Shown here: piece after piece, positions 18,711 through 28,636 of the stretch
How positions within the stretch are numbered: the stretch's first letter is position 1
Layout: each line of letters begins with the position of its first letter
Program-made: the position numbers and the translations under genes
Notes under the pieces: model-generated
The model's input: only the letters and a program-made list of their open reading frames with translations
Told to the model about the DNA's origin: nothing
Databases searched by the model: none
Assembly: GCF_003014485.1 (NCBI RefSeq)
Contig: NZ_PYGA01000023.1
Coordinates: forward strand, 46,160-110,159
Length of the DNA stretch: 64,000 nucleotides
DNA from: Murinocardiopsis flavida
GTDB lineage: Bacteria; Actinomycetota; Actinomycetes; Streptosporangiales; Streptosporangiaceae
Direction of reading: 5' to 3'

Positions 18711-19673
18711 TCAGCGGTAGGCGGCGGCGACCGTGTGGAACGCCTCCTTCGGCGTCCGCCGTTCCGGGTCGTCCGACGGCACCTTGACGATCCCGAACCC
18801 GGCCATGTCGAGGTCGTGGGCCGGGATCTCGTGATGCGGGAAGTCCGGCATGGCGTAGGTGAAGACGAAGCAGCCGTGTACGCCGCTCGACTCGTACAGG
18901 TCGATCAGCTCGCCCACGTACCGCGCCTGGGTGCGCTCGTCGCGCACATGCCCCGGTGTGACCCGGGGCGGATCGGCGAACCAGTTCACGATGCGGAAGG
19001 CGCCGGGGCCCGCCTTCTCGGCGCCGAAGTAGGAGCCGCAGCCGAACTCGGTGACCGCAACGGGCTTGCCCGCGCCGCGCACCAGCGCCCGCACGCGGCC
19101 CGCGTACTCGGCCGTGTCGGTGCCGAGGCGGTACAGGTTGACGCCGACGATGTCGAAGCCGGACCAGTCGACGTCCTCCCAGAACGCCGCGCCGTAGGTG
19201 ACGGGGCCGCGGAAGGACGCGCGGGCCGTGGCACAGGCGGCGGCGAGCAGGGCGTTGAGCCTGCGGGTGATCCGCCGGTCGAAGAGGCGCCGCCAGCGCA
19301 GGATGACCTGGAGCCGGAGGAAGGTGGCCGGCCCGGGGACGATGCCCGGTGCGAAGAGCGAGAACTCGCAGCCGACGACGAGCGTGACCCGCCCCGGGTA
19401 CACGACCCGCAGCTCCTCCGCTGCGGCGGCCATAGCGCCGATGTGGGCCAGCGTCTCCTTGTGCGGCCGATCGTCCGTGTGCGACTGGAGCCAGACGTCG
19501 AGCCCGATCTCCAGGGCGTGGCGCGCGGCCCCGATCAGCCCCTCCTCCGCCGTGCCCCTCAGCATCACGGTGGTGCAGTGCAGGTCGTCGCGGATGGTGC
19601 GCAGATCGCGCCGCACGGCGTCGGCCGGGATCCCCTCGGTGGTGTAGGAGACACCCTTGATCGCCAGGGCCAT
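18711..19673 (-). CDS. hypothetical TIM-barrel glycoside-hydrolase-like protein
   Basis: GGAGAGGA SD upstream of ATG 19673. Candidate catalytic Glu motifs GCEFS and VTEFGC. No signal peptide. Confidence 0.5.
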   Translation of the reverse strand: MALAIKGVSYTTEGIPADAVRRDLRTIRDDLHCTTVMLRGTAEEGLIGAARHALEIGLDVWLQSHTDDRPHKETLAHIGAMAAAAEELRVVYPGRVTLVVGCEFSLFAPGIVPGPATFLRLQVILRWRRLFDRRITRRLNALLAAACATARASFRGPVTYGAAFWEDVDWSGFDIVGVNLYRLGTDTAEYAGRVRALVRGAGKPVAVTEFGCGSYFGAEKAGPGAFRIVNWFADPPRVTPGHVRDERTQARYVGELIDLYESSGVHGCFVFTYAMPDFPHHEIPAHDLDMAGFGIVKVPSDDPERRTPKEAFHTVAAAYR

Positions 19674-19827
19674 GGCGCCGTCCTCTCCGCGTCCGCCGCA
19701 ACCGTCCGAACTGCGGACAACGTACCGGAAATGACCTGAACCGGCCGATGACGCCCGTCCGCGGCGGGTGCCGGCGGTGTGCGGCACCCGCTACTAATGG
19801 AGGACCACAGCCGTAGAGAGGGCGGAC

Positions 19828-20493
19828 ATGCGCAGTCAACTATTCGAGCAGGCGCAGGAGAACAAGCAGCCGGGGATGAGTCTGCAAAACACGAAGATGC
19901 TCCGGATGAGCTTCAACGGGGAGTTCTTCGCGCGCCAGGGCTCGATGGTGGCCTACCAGGGCGACGTTGACTTCGCCTACCAGGGCGCGGGCGGGCTCGG
20001 GAAGCTGTTCAAGAAGGCCGTGACCGGCGAGGGCCTGCCGCTGATGAAGGTCACCGGCCGCGGCGACGTCTTCCTCGCGCGCGACGCCTGGGACGTGCAC
20101 GTCGTCGACCTCGAAGGCGACTCCGTCACCGTCAACGGCGAGAACGTCCTCGCGTTCGAGTCGGGCCTGGAGTGGGACATCAAGCGCGTCGAGGGCGCCG
20201 GGATGGCCTCGGGCGGGCTGTTCAACACCGTGTTCACCGGGACGGGGCGGCTCGCGATCGCCTGCCACGGCACGCCCGTCGTCCTCAACGTCGACCAGCC
20301 GACCTTCGTCGACACCGACTCCGCGGTCGCATGGTCGTCCTCCCTGCGCACCGGCGTGCGCCGCACGGTAAAGGCCGGCGCGCTCATCGGCAGGGGCAGC
20401 GGCGAAGCCGCCCAGTTGGCGTTCGAGGGCCAGGGCTTCGTACTGGTCCAGGCTTCGGAAGGCCCCCAGATCCCGGTCCAGTCCAACTCCTAG
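19828..20493 (+). CDS. AIM24 family protein (DUF124/TIGR00266)
   Basis: 221 aa with a good SD. The sequence pattern is typical of the AIM24 beta-rich fold (LRMSFNGEFFARQGSMVAYQG...GTGRLAIA). Confidence 0.7.
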   Translation: MRSQLFEQAQENKQPGMSLQNTKMLRMSFNGEFFARQGSMVAYQGDVDFAYQGAGGLGKLFKKAVTGEGLPLMKVTGRGDVFLARDAWDVHVVDLEGDSVTVNGENVLAFESGLEWDIKRVEGAGMASGGLFNTVFTGTGRLAIACHGTPVVLNVDQPTFVDTDSAVAWSSSLRTGVRRTVKAGALIGRGSGEAAQLAFEGQGFVLVQASEGPQIPVQSNS

Positions 20494-20529
20494 CCCCTCC
20501 CGGCCGTGATGCCGTTACGGCGGCGGCAC

Positions 20530-21024
20530 TCACGGCACGGGTTGGCCGGCCGGGGCGGGCGGTAGCAGCGGGCCGCCGTCCCAGCCTTGGAAGACCAGCA
20601 TGGTCTGCACCCGGGTCACCTCCGAGCGGGCCGTGAGCTCGTCCAGCACGAGGCGCTGCAACGCGGCCACGCCCTCGGCCGCCACCAGCGCGAGGAAGTC
20701 GTCCGGCCCGCTCAGGTGGTACACGGCGCGGGTCTCGGGCTGGGCGAGGATGTGCGCGACCAGCGGCTCGACCAGCGGGCGCCGGTGCGGCTGCACCTGG
20801 ATGGCCAGGAACGCCTGGATGGGTCGGCCGAGCATCGCGGGGTCGACGCGCAGGGTGTGCCCGAGGATCGCACCAGCCTCGCGCATGCGGTTCACCCGGT
20901 CCAGGCAGGTGGACGGCGCGATGCCGACGCCCGCGGCGAGTTCCCTGTTCGTGGTCCGCGCATCGTTCTGCAAACGGCGCAGAATCTCCAGGTCGACCGG
21001 ATCAAGACGCAGATTCTGAGGCAT
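20530..21024 (-). CDS. Lrp/AsnC family transcriptional regulator
   Basis: HTH LDPVDLEILRRLQNDARTTNRELAAGVGIAPSTC followed by a RAM domain. It is divergent from a LysE exporter across an AT-rich promoter. Confidence 0.85.
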   Translation of the reverse strand: MPQNLRLDPVDLEILRRLQNDARTTNRELAAGVGIAPSTCLDRVNRMREAGAILGHTLRVDPAMLGRPIQAFLAIQVQPHRRPLVEPLVAHILAQPETRAVYHLSGPDDFLALVAAEGVAALQRLVLDELTARSEVTRVQTMLVFQGWDGGPLLPPAPAGQPVP

Positions 21025-21149
21025 GTGCCGAATTATAACCGATATTGCAGATAGAAATCCGGCAATCGTACAGAATTGGAGGCATTCCACCGGTGCCCGC
21101 CCTTGCGTGCGCCCACCGGTACCCGCCGCCCCGCGCCCAGGAGGGACCC

Positions 21150-21818
21150 ATGCCCGAGAACCTGCCGGTCTTCTTCCTGACCACCATCGTCGTGCTGGTC
21201 GTCCCCGGCCCCGACTTCGTGGTGGTCACCCGGACCACGGTGGCGCGCGGGCGGGCCGCGGGCCTGGCGGCCGCCGCCGGTATCGCCACCGGGCTGGCCG
21301 GGTACACCGCGCTCGCCGCCGCCGGGGTGACCGTGCTGATCGCCGCGAACCCCGCCGCGCTCTCGGTGCTGCGCTTCGCCGGGGCGCTCTACCTCATCGC
21401 CCTCGGCGCCGGGGCGCTCATCACCCTGTGGCGGGGTCGCCACGACGGCACCCCGGACGACCCCGCCGCTGCGCACCGCGCACCGGACGCCCCGGCCGGC
21501 CCGCGCCCGGCGCGCTCCACCGCGGGGCTGCGGGCCGCGTTCGCCCAAGGGCTGCTGAACAACAGCCTCAACCCGAAGGCCCTGGTGTTCTTCCTCGGCT
21601 TTCTGCCGCAGTTCATCGCGCCGGGAAGCCCTGCCGCCCCGCAGACCCTGTTCCTCGGCGCCTGCGTCGTCACCCTCGCCGTCGCGTGGTGGGCCGGCTA
21701 CGTCGCGGCGATCACCCGGATCACCGCCGTCCTGCGCCGCCGCCGCGCCCGCCGGGGCATCGACCTCGCCGGCGGCCTCGCCCTCACCACCTTCGGCCTG
21801 GCCCTCGCCGCCGGCTGA
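21150..21818 (+). CDS. LysE/RhtB family amino-acid exporter
   Basis: AGGAGGGA SD. Six TM helices with the LysE signature FFLTTIVVLVVPGPDF...NPKALVFFLGFLPQF. Confidence 0.8.
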   Translation: MPENLPVFFLTTIVVLVVPGPDFVVVTRTTVARGRAAGLAAAAGIATGLAGYTALAAAGVTVLIAANPAALSVLRFAGALYLIALGAGALITLWRGRHDGTPDDPAAAHRAPDAPAGPRPARSTAGLRAAFAQGLLNNSLNPKALVFFLGFLPQFIAPGSPAAPQTLFLGACVVTLAVAWWAGYVAAITRITAVLRRRRARRGIDLAGGLALTTFGLALAAG

Positions 21819-21830
21819 GCCGCGCAAGAC

Positions 21831-21870
21831 GGGCGGGGGCCGGACCCCGGCCGGGGTCCGGCCCCCGCCC
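21831..21870. terminator. perfect 40-nt GC palindrome between convergent genes (bidirectional terminator hairpin)
   Basis: gggcgggggccggaccccgg|ccggggtccggcccccgccc lies 13 nt after the LysE stop and 9 nt after the esterase stop. Confidence 0.6.
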
Positions 21871-21878
21871 GTGCGGCG

Positions 21879-22901
21879 TCACGCCTTGCGCAGCCGCTCG
21901 ATGATCCCGTCGAGGTCGCGGGTGAACATCTCCTTGCGGAAGACGTGGCCGCCCTCCGCCTCGTGCGCCTCGTGCTCGATACCGGCCTTGTCGAGGAGGC
22001 CGCGGAACTCCCGCTGGCCGGCCAGAACCTGGGTCTCATTCGCACGGTCGAACAGGTTGACCGGGTCGGGGCTGGTCCCGGCCACCATGAAGACGCGCTT
22101 GCCGCGGTAGTCCTCGACGTTCTCGACCGGGTTGTCGGCGGTGACCCGCTTCTCGTCCCAGCGCGGCGCCCCGTAGACGGTGCCTCCGGCCAGCTCCACC
22201 GCTCCCGAGGAGACGTTGGCCCAGTGCGTGACCAGGCCGGCGTCGCGCCGCATGCTGGCGGGGCCGGAGTGCGAGCTGATCGAGGCGAAGTGGTCGGGGT
22301 ACTTCGCGCCGTACTTGAGCGCGCCGAAGCCGCCCATGGAGAAGCCCGCGACCGCCCGGCCCTCGGCCTCGTCGTAGGTCCGGAAGTTGGCGTCGACCCA
22401 GGGGATCAGCTGCTTGATGTGGAAGGTCTCCCAATTGCGCGGGCCCGCCTCGGACTTCACCGGGTCGGAGTACCAGCCGGCGTGTCCGCCGTCCGGCATC
22501 ACGGTGATGACGTCCCGGTCGCCGGACACGACGTCGCGGATGCCCATCTCATCGAAGGACCGGAAGTCCTCGCTGGTCCCGCCCCCGTGGAGGAGGTAGA
22601 CGACGGGGTAGGTGCGGCCGCTGGTCTCGTAGTCGTCGGGGAGCATGACGTTGACCCCGGGGTTCCAGCCGACGGCCTCGGTCTCGAACCGGAAGAACTT
22701 CATGCGGGGATCGCTCTCCTCGCGCTCCACGACACGGAGCCCCGCGGCGTCCTGCACCGCGTTGGCGGCAGGCTCTGCTGCGGTGAAGGGAGTGCTCTCG
22801 GTCGAGATCACGGCGGTGATCCCGCCGATCATCGCCACTGCTGTGGCGACTCCGGCCGCGGTCTTCAGGACGCCCCTGCGGGTGGGACGGAACGTGCTCA
22901 C
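21879..22901 (-). CDS. secreted esterase / alpha-beta hydrolase (esterase D / mycolyltransferase-like), Tat signal
   Basis: GTG start with a GGAGG SD. Tat motif TRRGVLKTAAGVA. Esterase motifs HGGG and GFSMGG are present. Confidence 0.75.
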   Translation of the reverse strand: MSTFRPTRRGVLKTAAGVATAVAMIGGITAVISTESTPFTAAEPAANAVQDAAGLRVVEREESDPRMKFFRFETEAVGWNPGVNVMLPDDYETSGRTYPVVYLLHGGGTSEDFRSFDEMGIRDVVSGDRDVITVMPDGGHAGWYSDPVKSEAGPRNWETFHIKQLIPWVDANFRTYDEAEGRAVAGFSMGGFGALKYGAKYPDHFASISSHSGPASMRRDAGLVTHWANVSSGAVELAGGTVYGAPRWDEKRVTADNPVENVEDYRGKRVFMVAGTSPDPVNLFDRANETQVLAGQREFRGLLDKAGIEHEAHEAEGGHVFRKEMFTRDLDGIIERLRKA

Positions 22902-23104
22902 GTGACCTCCAGGTCGGGAAAAGGGGGCGGCGGCAGAGAGGGGCCCGCGAGTGCGGGGCGCCGCCGACGCGGCCACGCTAGGGAAGGCCGATGAAGTCTC
23001 GTTGAAATGCCGCTCGACGTGCGCGTTCATTGGCGGTCGGCGGCACGTGCGCGCCGCGGCCCGCGCCGATCGGGCGGGGACTCTTTCGGCGGCGGAACCG
23101 CCTG

Positions 23105-26038
23105 CTACTCCGCCGCCACGCACTTCCCCGTCAACGGGATCCGCTGGATGCGGTCGTCATCGGCGGCGGTCATCGCGCCGAGCGACCGGAGCGCCTCGAA
23201 CTGCTCCTGCGCATCCGCGCGGCGACCCATCGCGAGGTAGCACGTGCCCAAGCGGTCCCGAAGCTCCAGTTCCAGCCGGACGGCGGTCTGGTCGGAGATG
23301 ACGGCAAGAGCCTGATGGAAGAGCGCGATCGCGGTGTGCGGTTCGCCCAGTTCCTGCATCGCGGCGGCCAGCCGGGTCAGACTGCCGACGCGCAGCGTGA
23401 CGTCCGCGACCTGATCGGCCAGGTCGACCGCCTGCCGCAGCGCGGGCGCGGCCTCGGCCGGGCGACCGAGCTGGAGCAGAATGCTGCCGACGCTGCACAG
23501 CGCCCGCCCCACCATCGACGGGCTGCCGATCGCCTCTCCGAGCGCGCGGGAGCGGGTGAAGCAGTCGAGGGCCTCCTCGGGGCGGCCCTGGAGCAGCAGG
23601 ATGTAGCCGCGGCCGGACGTCGCCCGCTCGACGAGCCAGTCGTCGCCGAGCTCCTCGGCCAGTTCGATCACCGCGGCCAAGTCGTCCAGCACGCCGCCGT
23701 GCCGCCCTGAGGCCGCTCCGGAGATCACCAGGCCGCCGCGGGCACGGGCCTCGACCCGCCGGTCGCCCGCCGACCGGCCGCCTTCGAGGGCTGCGCTGAA
23801 CCACGTGCGGGCCTGGTCGTACCGGCCCTGCATGCCATAGGCGAAGCCCAGGCAGAAGTACAGCGAAGGGGCCATCCGGGGGTCGGCGGCATCGCCGACC
23901 CGCGACAGTGCGATCTCGACAGCGGCACGGGACTCGTGGATCCTGCCCCTGCGCACGAGGAAGTCGACCACGGCCTCGGCGATCCAGCACGCGTGGCCCA
24001 CCTGCCCGATGGCTGCGGCGTGGCCGACCACATCGGCGAAGTCGCCGGCCTTGTCGAGCCAGGCCGAGGCGTCCTCCCAACCGCGGAACGGCGCATCCCC
24101 CGGCTCCGGCCCGGTCGGGAAGCTCGCGGCGCCCCACTCGCTCGCGATCCGGCCGGCCGCGATGTAGAGCCGGAACACCCGTGCGGTGACCATTGCGCCC
24201 GCCTCCGCGGGCTCCTCGGCGGCCAGCCGGCGCGCGAACACCGCGACAAGGTCGTGCAGCCGGTACCGGTCGGCGGCCGGTTGCTGCACGAGGCTCGCGT
24301 CCACCAGTCGCTCCAAGGAGCGGTCGGCGTCGCGCGGCGGGCAGTCGAGCATCGCCGCCATCGTGAGCCGGTCGAGCTCCGGCGTGGGCGACAGGCCCAG
24401 CACGCGAAACGCCCGCTGATCGGCGTCGGGAAGCTGGTCGTAGGAGGCCCGGAACGCGGCCTCGACGCTGCGGTCCCCCGCGGTCAGGCCGCCGAGCCGT
24501 CCCTCGTCGTCGGCGAGCCGCGCCACCAGGTCCTCGAACGTCCATGCCGGACGGGTCTGGAGGCGCGCTCCGGCGATGCACAGTGCGAGCGGCAGCCGCC
24601 CGCACAGCCGGGCCAGCGCACGCACCGCGCCCGGCTCGCCGCCCGCCCGCGACGCACCGGCGATGCGGTTCAGCAGCGCCGCGGCAGCCTCGATGTGGAG
24701 CGGTTCCAACGAGACCCGGCGCTCCGCGTCCAGACCCGCCAGCCGCCGGCGGCTGGTCACCAGGACGCTGCTGCCCGCCCCGGCCGGCAGCAGCGGGCGC
24801 ACCTGCTCGGCGCTCCACGCGTCGTCGAGCACCAGCACCAGGCGGAGCGAGGCGGTGGCGGCGCGCCACGACGCCGCGAGTTCGTCGAGGTCGTCCGGGG
24901 TACCGCTGTCGTCCACGCCGACCGCCCGCAGCAGCCGACGCAGCACGCGCTCCACGGCGGGTGCCCTGCGCCCGCTGTGCCCGTGCAGATCCACGAACAG
25001 GCATCCGTCCGGGCAGTCGGCACGGAGTGTTCGCGCGGCGTTCACCGCCAGCGCGGTCTTCCCGGCTCCCGCCACCCCGTCGACCGCCGCGGTGGTCACC
25101 GCGTCGGCGGCGATCGGCGCTGCGAGCAGCGCCAGTTCCCGTTCCCGGCCGATCAGCTCGCCGATGCCGACCGGCAACTCGTCGCGCGGCCGGTCGGCCG
25201 GAACGGGGGCCGGGGGCGCACCGGCCGCCTGACTCCTGTCGGCGAGACCGAGCGACGCGTCGTCCCCGCGCAGCACCGCCTGGTGGACGCTCTGCATCTC
25301 CGCGCCGGGCTCCACCCCCAGGTCCTCGACGAGGCGGTCGCGCAGCCGGGGGAACACCCGCAGCGCGTCGGCCTGCTGCCCGCCGCCGTAACGGGCACGC
25401 ACCAGGAGGGCGGCGAGCCCTTCGGCGTGCGGGTACGCCTCGATCCACTCGGGCAGCTCGTCAACCACCTCGTCGTAGCGTCCCAGGCGGACCTGCGCGT
25501 CGAGCTTGTCCTGGAGCAGCGCGACCCGCCGCTCCGCCAGCCGGCGCCGCTCCCCTTCCGCGAACGGCCCCGGGAGTCCCGCCAGCGGCTCGCCGTCGAA
25601 CAGCGCGAGCGCGCGGGTGTACGCGCCCACCGCCGCGGCCAGGTCACCGCTCTGCCGAGCACCGCCGGCCTCGGCCGCGAGCTCGTTCAGGCGCACCGTG
25701 TCGAGCAGGGCGCCGCTGCCGACGAAGCGGTACCCGCTCCGGTCGCTGACGATCACCGACTTCGCGTCCACGCCGTTGGCCTGCAAGCACCGCCGCAGGC
25801 GGAACACGTAGCCCGGCATGTTCCGGACACCGGTGCTCGGCGGGTCCTGGCCCCACACCCGGTCGAGCAGCTGCTCCTGGCTGACGGTGACATCGGAGCG
25901 CAGCACCAGGGCCGCCAACACGGCCTGCTGGCGGACGGGGCCCACATCCAGCTCCTCGGCACCACACCAGACCCGCATCGGGCCGAGCACGGCGAACCGA
26001 ATATGCGTGGGAGAAACCGGTGTAATCCGTTCGGACAC
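23105..26038 (-). CDS. AfsR/SARP family transcriptional regulator (BTAD + NB-ARC + TPR)
   Basis: 977 aa. N-terminal OmpR-type wHTH and BTAD (FAVLGPMRVW...), Walker A GVAGAGKTALA, and C-terminal TPRs. Confidence 0.85.
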   Translation of the reverse strand: MSERITPVSPTHIRFAVLGPMRVWCGAEELDVGPVRQQAVLAALVLRSDVTVSQEQLLDRVWGQDPPSTGVRNMPGYVFRLRRCLQANGVDAKSVIVSDRSGYRFVGSGALLDTVRLNELAAEAGGARQSGDLAAAVGAYTRALALFDGEPLAGLPGPFAEGERRRLAERRVALLQDKLDAQVRLGRYDEVVDELPEWIEAYPHAEGLAALLVRARYGGGQQADALRVFPRLRDRLVEDLGVEPGAEMQSVHQAVLRGDDASLGLADRSQAAGAPPAPVPADRPRDELPVGIGELIGRERELALLAAPIAADAVTTAAVDGVAGAGKTALAVNAARTLRADCPDGCLFVDLHGHSGRRAPAVERVLRRLLRAVGVDDSGTPDDLDELAASWRAATASLRLVLVLDDAWSAEQVRPLLPAGAGSSVLVTSRRRLAGLDAERRVSLEPLHIEAAAALLNRIAGASRAGGEPGAVRALARLCGRLPLALCIAGARLQTRPAWTFEDLVARLADDEGRLGGLTAGDRSVEAAFRASYDQLPDADQRAFRVLGLSPTPELDRLTMAAMLDCPPRDADRSLERLVDASLVQQPAADRYRLHDLVAVFARRLAAEEPAEAGAMVTARVFRLYIAAGRIASEWGAASFPTGPEPGDAPFRGWEDASAWLDKAGDFADVVGHAAAIGQVGHACWIAEAVVDFLVRRGRIHESRAAVEIALSRVGDAADPRMAPSLYFCLGFAYGMQGRYDQARTWFSAALEGGRSAGDRRVEARARGGLVISGAASGRHGGVLDDLAAVIELAEELGDDWLVERATSGRGYILLLQGRPEEALDCFTRSRALGEAIGSPSMVGRALCSVGSILLQLGRPAEAAPALRQAVDLADQVADVTLRVGSLTRLAAAMQELGEPHTAIALFHQALAVISDQTAVRLELELRDRLGTCYLAMGRRADAQEQFEALRSLGAMTAADDDRIQRIPLTGKCVAAE

Positions 26039-26067
26039 CGGCGCACCTTATCAAAGCGAGGCGACCG

Positions 26068-26100
26068 CGAATCAGCCGCGAATCAGCCGCAAATCCGGCG
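26068..26100. repeat. three tandem 11-bp repeats (cgaatcagccg x2 plus degenerate caaatccggcg) 30-60 bp upstream of the SARP start
   Basis: Seen directly in the sequence. One helical-turn periodicity is the classic spacing of SARP-type heptamer direct repeats. Confidence 0.4.
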
Positions 26101-26648
26101 TATGCGGCGATTCGCGGCGGACGCGCGGCACAATCGGGGCCCCGGTGGTCCGGTACGCCACCGGGGCGGCTTCAGCGACCGCCCCGCGCCCGGACGAGCG
26201 CCTGGGGCACAGCGAGGAGCGAAGGCCGTGGCGACGGCGATGCCGGGATGATCGGGTCGGCCAGGGGGCAGCCGTTGTCGGGCGCGCGTCCGCTCATGGC
26301 TCGCTTTCGGTCGTGCAGGGGGCGCGGATGCCCGCGTTCGAGAAGGTGGCGCGGCGGGGGCGGCGCGACCGCACACCCGGCGGCGGGACGCCGAGTCGAC
26401 CCGCGTGCGCCGCGGGGCCGATCCACCGGCGACGCTACGCCGCACCGATGAAATCTCGATGAAACCCCGCACGACGCATTCGCTCCCGCACCGTTCGCGC
26501 CGGCCGACACGGTGACGGGGCTGAACCGCCCCGGGGCGGCGGGGCCGCCGGCGCACTGGGAGGGCCGCACCGCCCGGCCCGGCCCCCTGCCGCCCCGCCG
26601 GTGCCGGCTCCCGCGGACGGCTCGCGGGGACCGGCACCCGGAAAACGG

Positions 26649-27893
26649 TCAGCCTGCGCCGAGGGCCTGGGTGGGCGGGGTGCGGGCCGCGCGCATCGCG
26701 GGGAGCAACCCGGCGACCGCGCCGATGAGGACGGGGACGGCGGCCCCGCCCGCGAGCGCCCACAGCGGCACGTCGACCAGCCACCCCTGCCACAGCGCGT
26801 AGCACGCGGTGACCAGGCCGCCGAGTACCGCACCGGCCACGCCGCCCAGCGCCGACAGCACCATCGCCTCCACCAGGAACTGCCCCCGGATCTGGCCGCG
26901 CGTCGCGCCGAGCGCCCGGCGCAGGCCGATCTCGCCGCGGCGCTCCAGCACCGAGATGACCATCGTGTTCGCGACACCCACGCCGCCCACCAGCAGCGCC
27001 ACACCGCCCAACCCCAGCAGCAGGCCGGTGAACGCCGCGTCCACGGCCTCCTTCGCCTGGAGCGCGTCGGACGGCCGGGACATCGTGATCTCGTTGGGGT
27101 TCTCCGGGTCGAGTGTGCGGCCGAGCAGCTCCCTGACCTCGTCCACCCGCTCGGGGTCGGCGCGGGCGTAGACGGTGGTGGGGTGGCCGTCCATACCGAG
27201 GCGGTCGCCCGCGACGCCCCAGCCCACCAGCGCGGCGCGGTCGAGCTCCGGGGCCAGCTCCACCGGGTCGAGCACCCCGACGACGCTGTAGTACTCGGCC
27301 CCGATGAGCACCAGGGTGCCGGGGCCGGCCTCGGTGATGCCGAGCTGCGCCGCCGCCTTCGCGCCGAGGACCACGGCCGGGTACCGCGACGTCGCCTCGT
27401 TCAACCACGCGCCCTGCGCCATCTCGACCTCCAGCGTGTCGAGCAGGCCGAGGTCCGCGGCGTAGGTGGTGATCCCGCCCGATTCCCCCTTGGGGATGCG
27501 GTCGCTCCGGTACACCGAGGCGTCGTCCAGCTGGGCGACCTCCGATATCCGCCGGACGCCCCCGACCCGTTCGCCGTGGGCCGCGGCGCCCTTCGGCAGC
27601 TTCGCGGTCTCCCCGGTGAACATCGAGTCGCCAGGGGTCGCCGTGAGGAGGTTGGTCCCGAGCCGGTCGATGCGCGCGTCCAGCTCCGCGCGGCTCGAGG
27701 CGGAGATGCCGACGACGGCCACCATCGCGGCGATGCCGATGGCGATCCCCAGCGCCGACAGCACCACGCGCAGCGGCCTGGCCCGCAGCCCGCTCGCCCC
27801 CGTGCGGAGCAGGTCGACCGGCGACAGCCGGGCCGGGACAGGGGCGCGGGGCGCACCGCGGCGCCGCCCGCCCACGGGCCGCCGCCCCCTCAC
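26649..27893 (-). CDS. ABC transporter permease, FtsX/MacB-like
   Basis: GTG start overlapping the ATPase stop (GTGA). N-terminal TM, a large periplasmic domain, and a C-terminal four-TM FtsX domain. Confidence 0.8.
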   Translation of the reverse strand: MRGRRPVGGRRRGAPRAPVPARLSPVDLLRTGASGLRARPLRVVLSALGIAIGIAAMVAVVGISASSRAELDARIDRLGTNLLTATPGDSMFTGETAKLPKGAAAHGERVGGVRRISEVAQLDDASVYRSDRIPKGESGGITTYAADLGLLDTLEVEMAQGAWLNEATSRYPAVVLGAKAAAQLGITEAGPGTLVLIGAEYYSVVGVLDPVELAPELDRAALVGWGVAGDRLGMDGHPTTVYARADPERVDEVRELLGRTLDPENPNEITMSRPSDALQAKEAVDAAFTGLLLGLGGVALLVGGVGVANTMVISVLERRGEIGLRRALGATRGQIRGQFLVEAMVLSALGGVAGAVLGGLVTACYALWQGWLVDVPLWALAGGAAVPVLIGAVAGLLPAMRAARTPPTQALGAG

Positions 27894-28636
27894 GGCCGCA
27901 CCCCGCCGACCGCCGCCGATCGCGCCCCGTCGGTCCGCTCGTCGGCGGCGATCCGGCCGTCCCTGACCTGGATCCGCCGGGGCAGCCCGGCGGCGACCTC
28001 GCGGTCGTGCGTGATGACGACGACCGCCGCCCCCTCCGCGTTCAGCTCGCGGAGCAGGCCGATGACCACCTCGCCCGTCGCGGTGTCGAGCGCGCCGGTG
28101 GGCTCGTCGGCGAGGATCAGCGCCGGGTCGCCCGCCACCGCCCTGGCGATCGCGGTCCGCTGCTGCTGCCCGCCCGAGAGCTCGTGCGGGCGGTGCCCGG
28201 CCCGGTCGGCCATCCCCACCCGGCGCAGCGCGGCCGCCGCCTTCTCCCGCCGCCGCCGCATCGGCAGCCCGGTGTAGAGCAGCCCGTCGGCGACGTTGTC
28301 GAGCGCGGTGATGTTCGCCGCCAGGTGGAACTGCTGGAACACGAACCCGATCCCGGTCGCCCGCAGCGCGGAGCGGGCGTCGTCGCCGAGCGCGCCGACG
28401 TCGTGGCCGCCGATCCGGATCGCGCCGGCGGTGGGGGTGTCGAGCGTCCCGAGGAGGTTGAGCAGGGTGGACTTGCCCGACCCGGACGGGCCGACGATGC
28501 CGACCAGCTCACCGGCCTCGATGCGCACGCTCACACCGTCCAGCGCGCGCACGCCGCCGGGGTAGTGGCGCGCCACGTCCTCCAGTTCGGCGGCCGGCGC
28601 CGCCGGCCCGGGGGCGGTACCGGTTGCGGCGCTCAT
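27890..28636 (-). CDS. ABC transporter ATP-binding protein (MacB-type NBD)
   Basis: Walker A GPSGSGKST, signature LSGGQQQR, Walker B ILADEPT. Its ATG overlaps the adaptor stop (ATGA). The ORF track fuses this gene with its upstream neighbour only because no stop intervenes in that frame. Confidence 0.9.
   Translation of the reverse strand: MSAATGTAPGPAAPAAELEDVARHYPGGVRALDGVSVRIEAGELVGIVGPSGSGKSTLLNLLGTLDTPTAGAIRIGGHDVGALGDDARSALRATGIGFVFQQFHLAANITALDNVADGLLYTGLPMRRRREKAAAALRRVGMADRAGHRPHELSGGQQQRTAIARAVAGDPALILADEPTGALDTATGEVVIGLLRELNAEGAAVVVITHDREVAAGLPRRIQVRDGRIAADERTDGARSAAVGGVRP

Noticed and set aside
26083-27408. 441-aa minus ORF spanning the SARP-ABC intergenic gap
   Set aside because: It is out of frame with the FtsX permease whose motifs are clear. 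It is Arg/Gly/Pro-rich and runs across a region with no coding signal.
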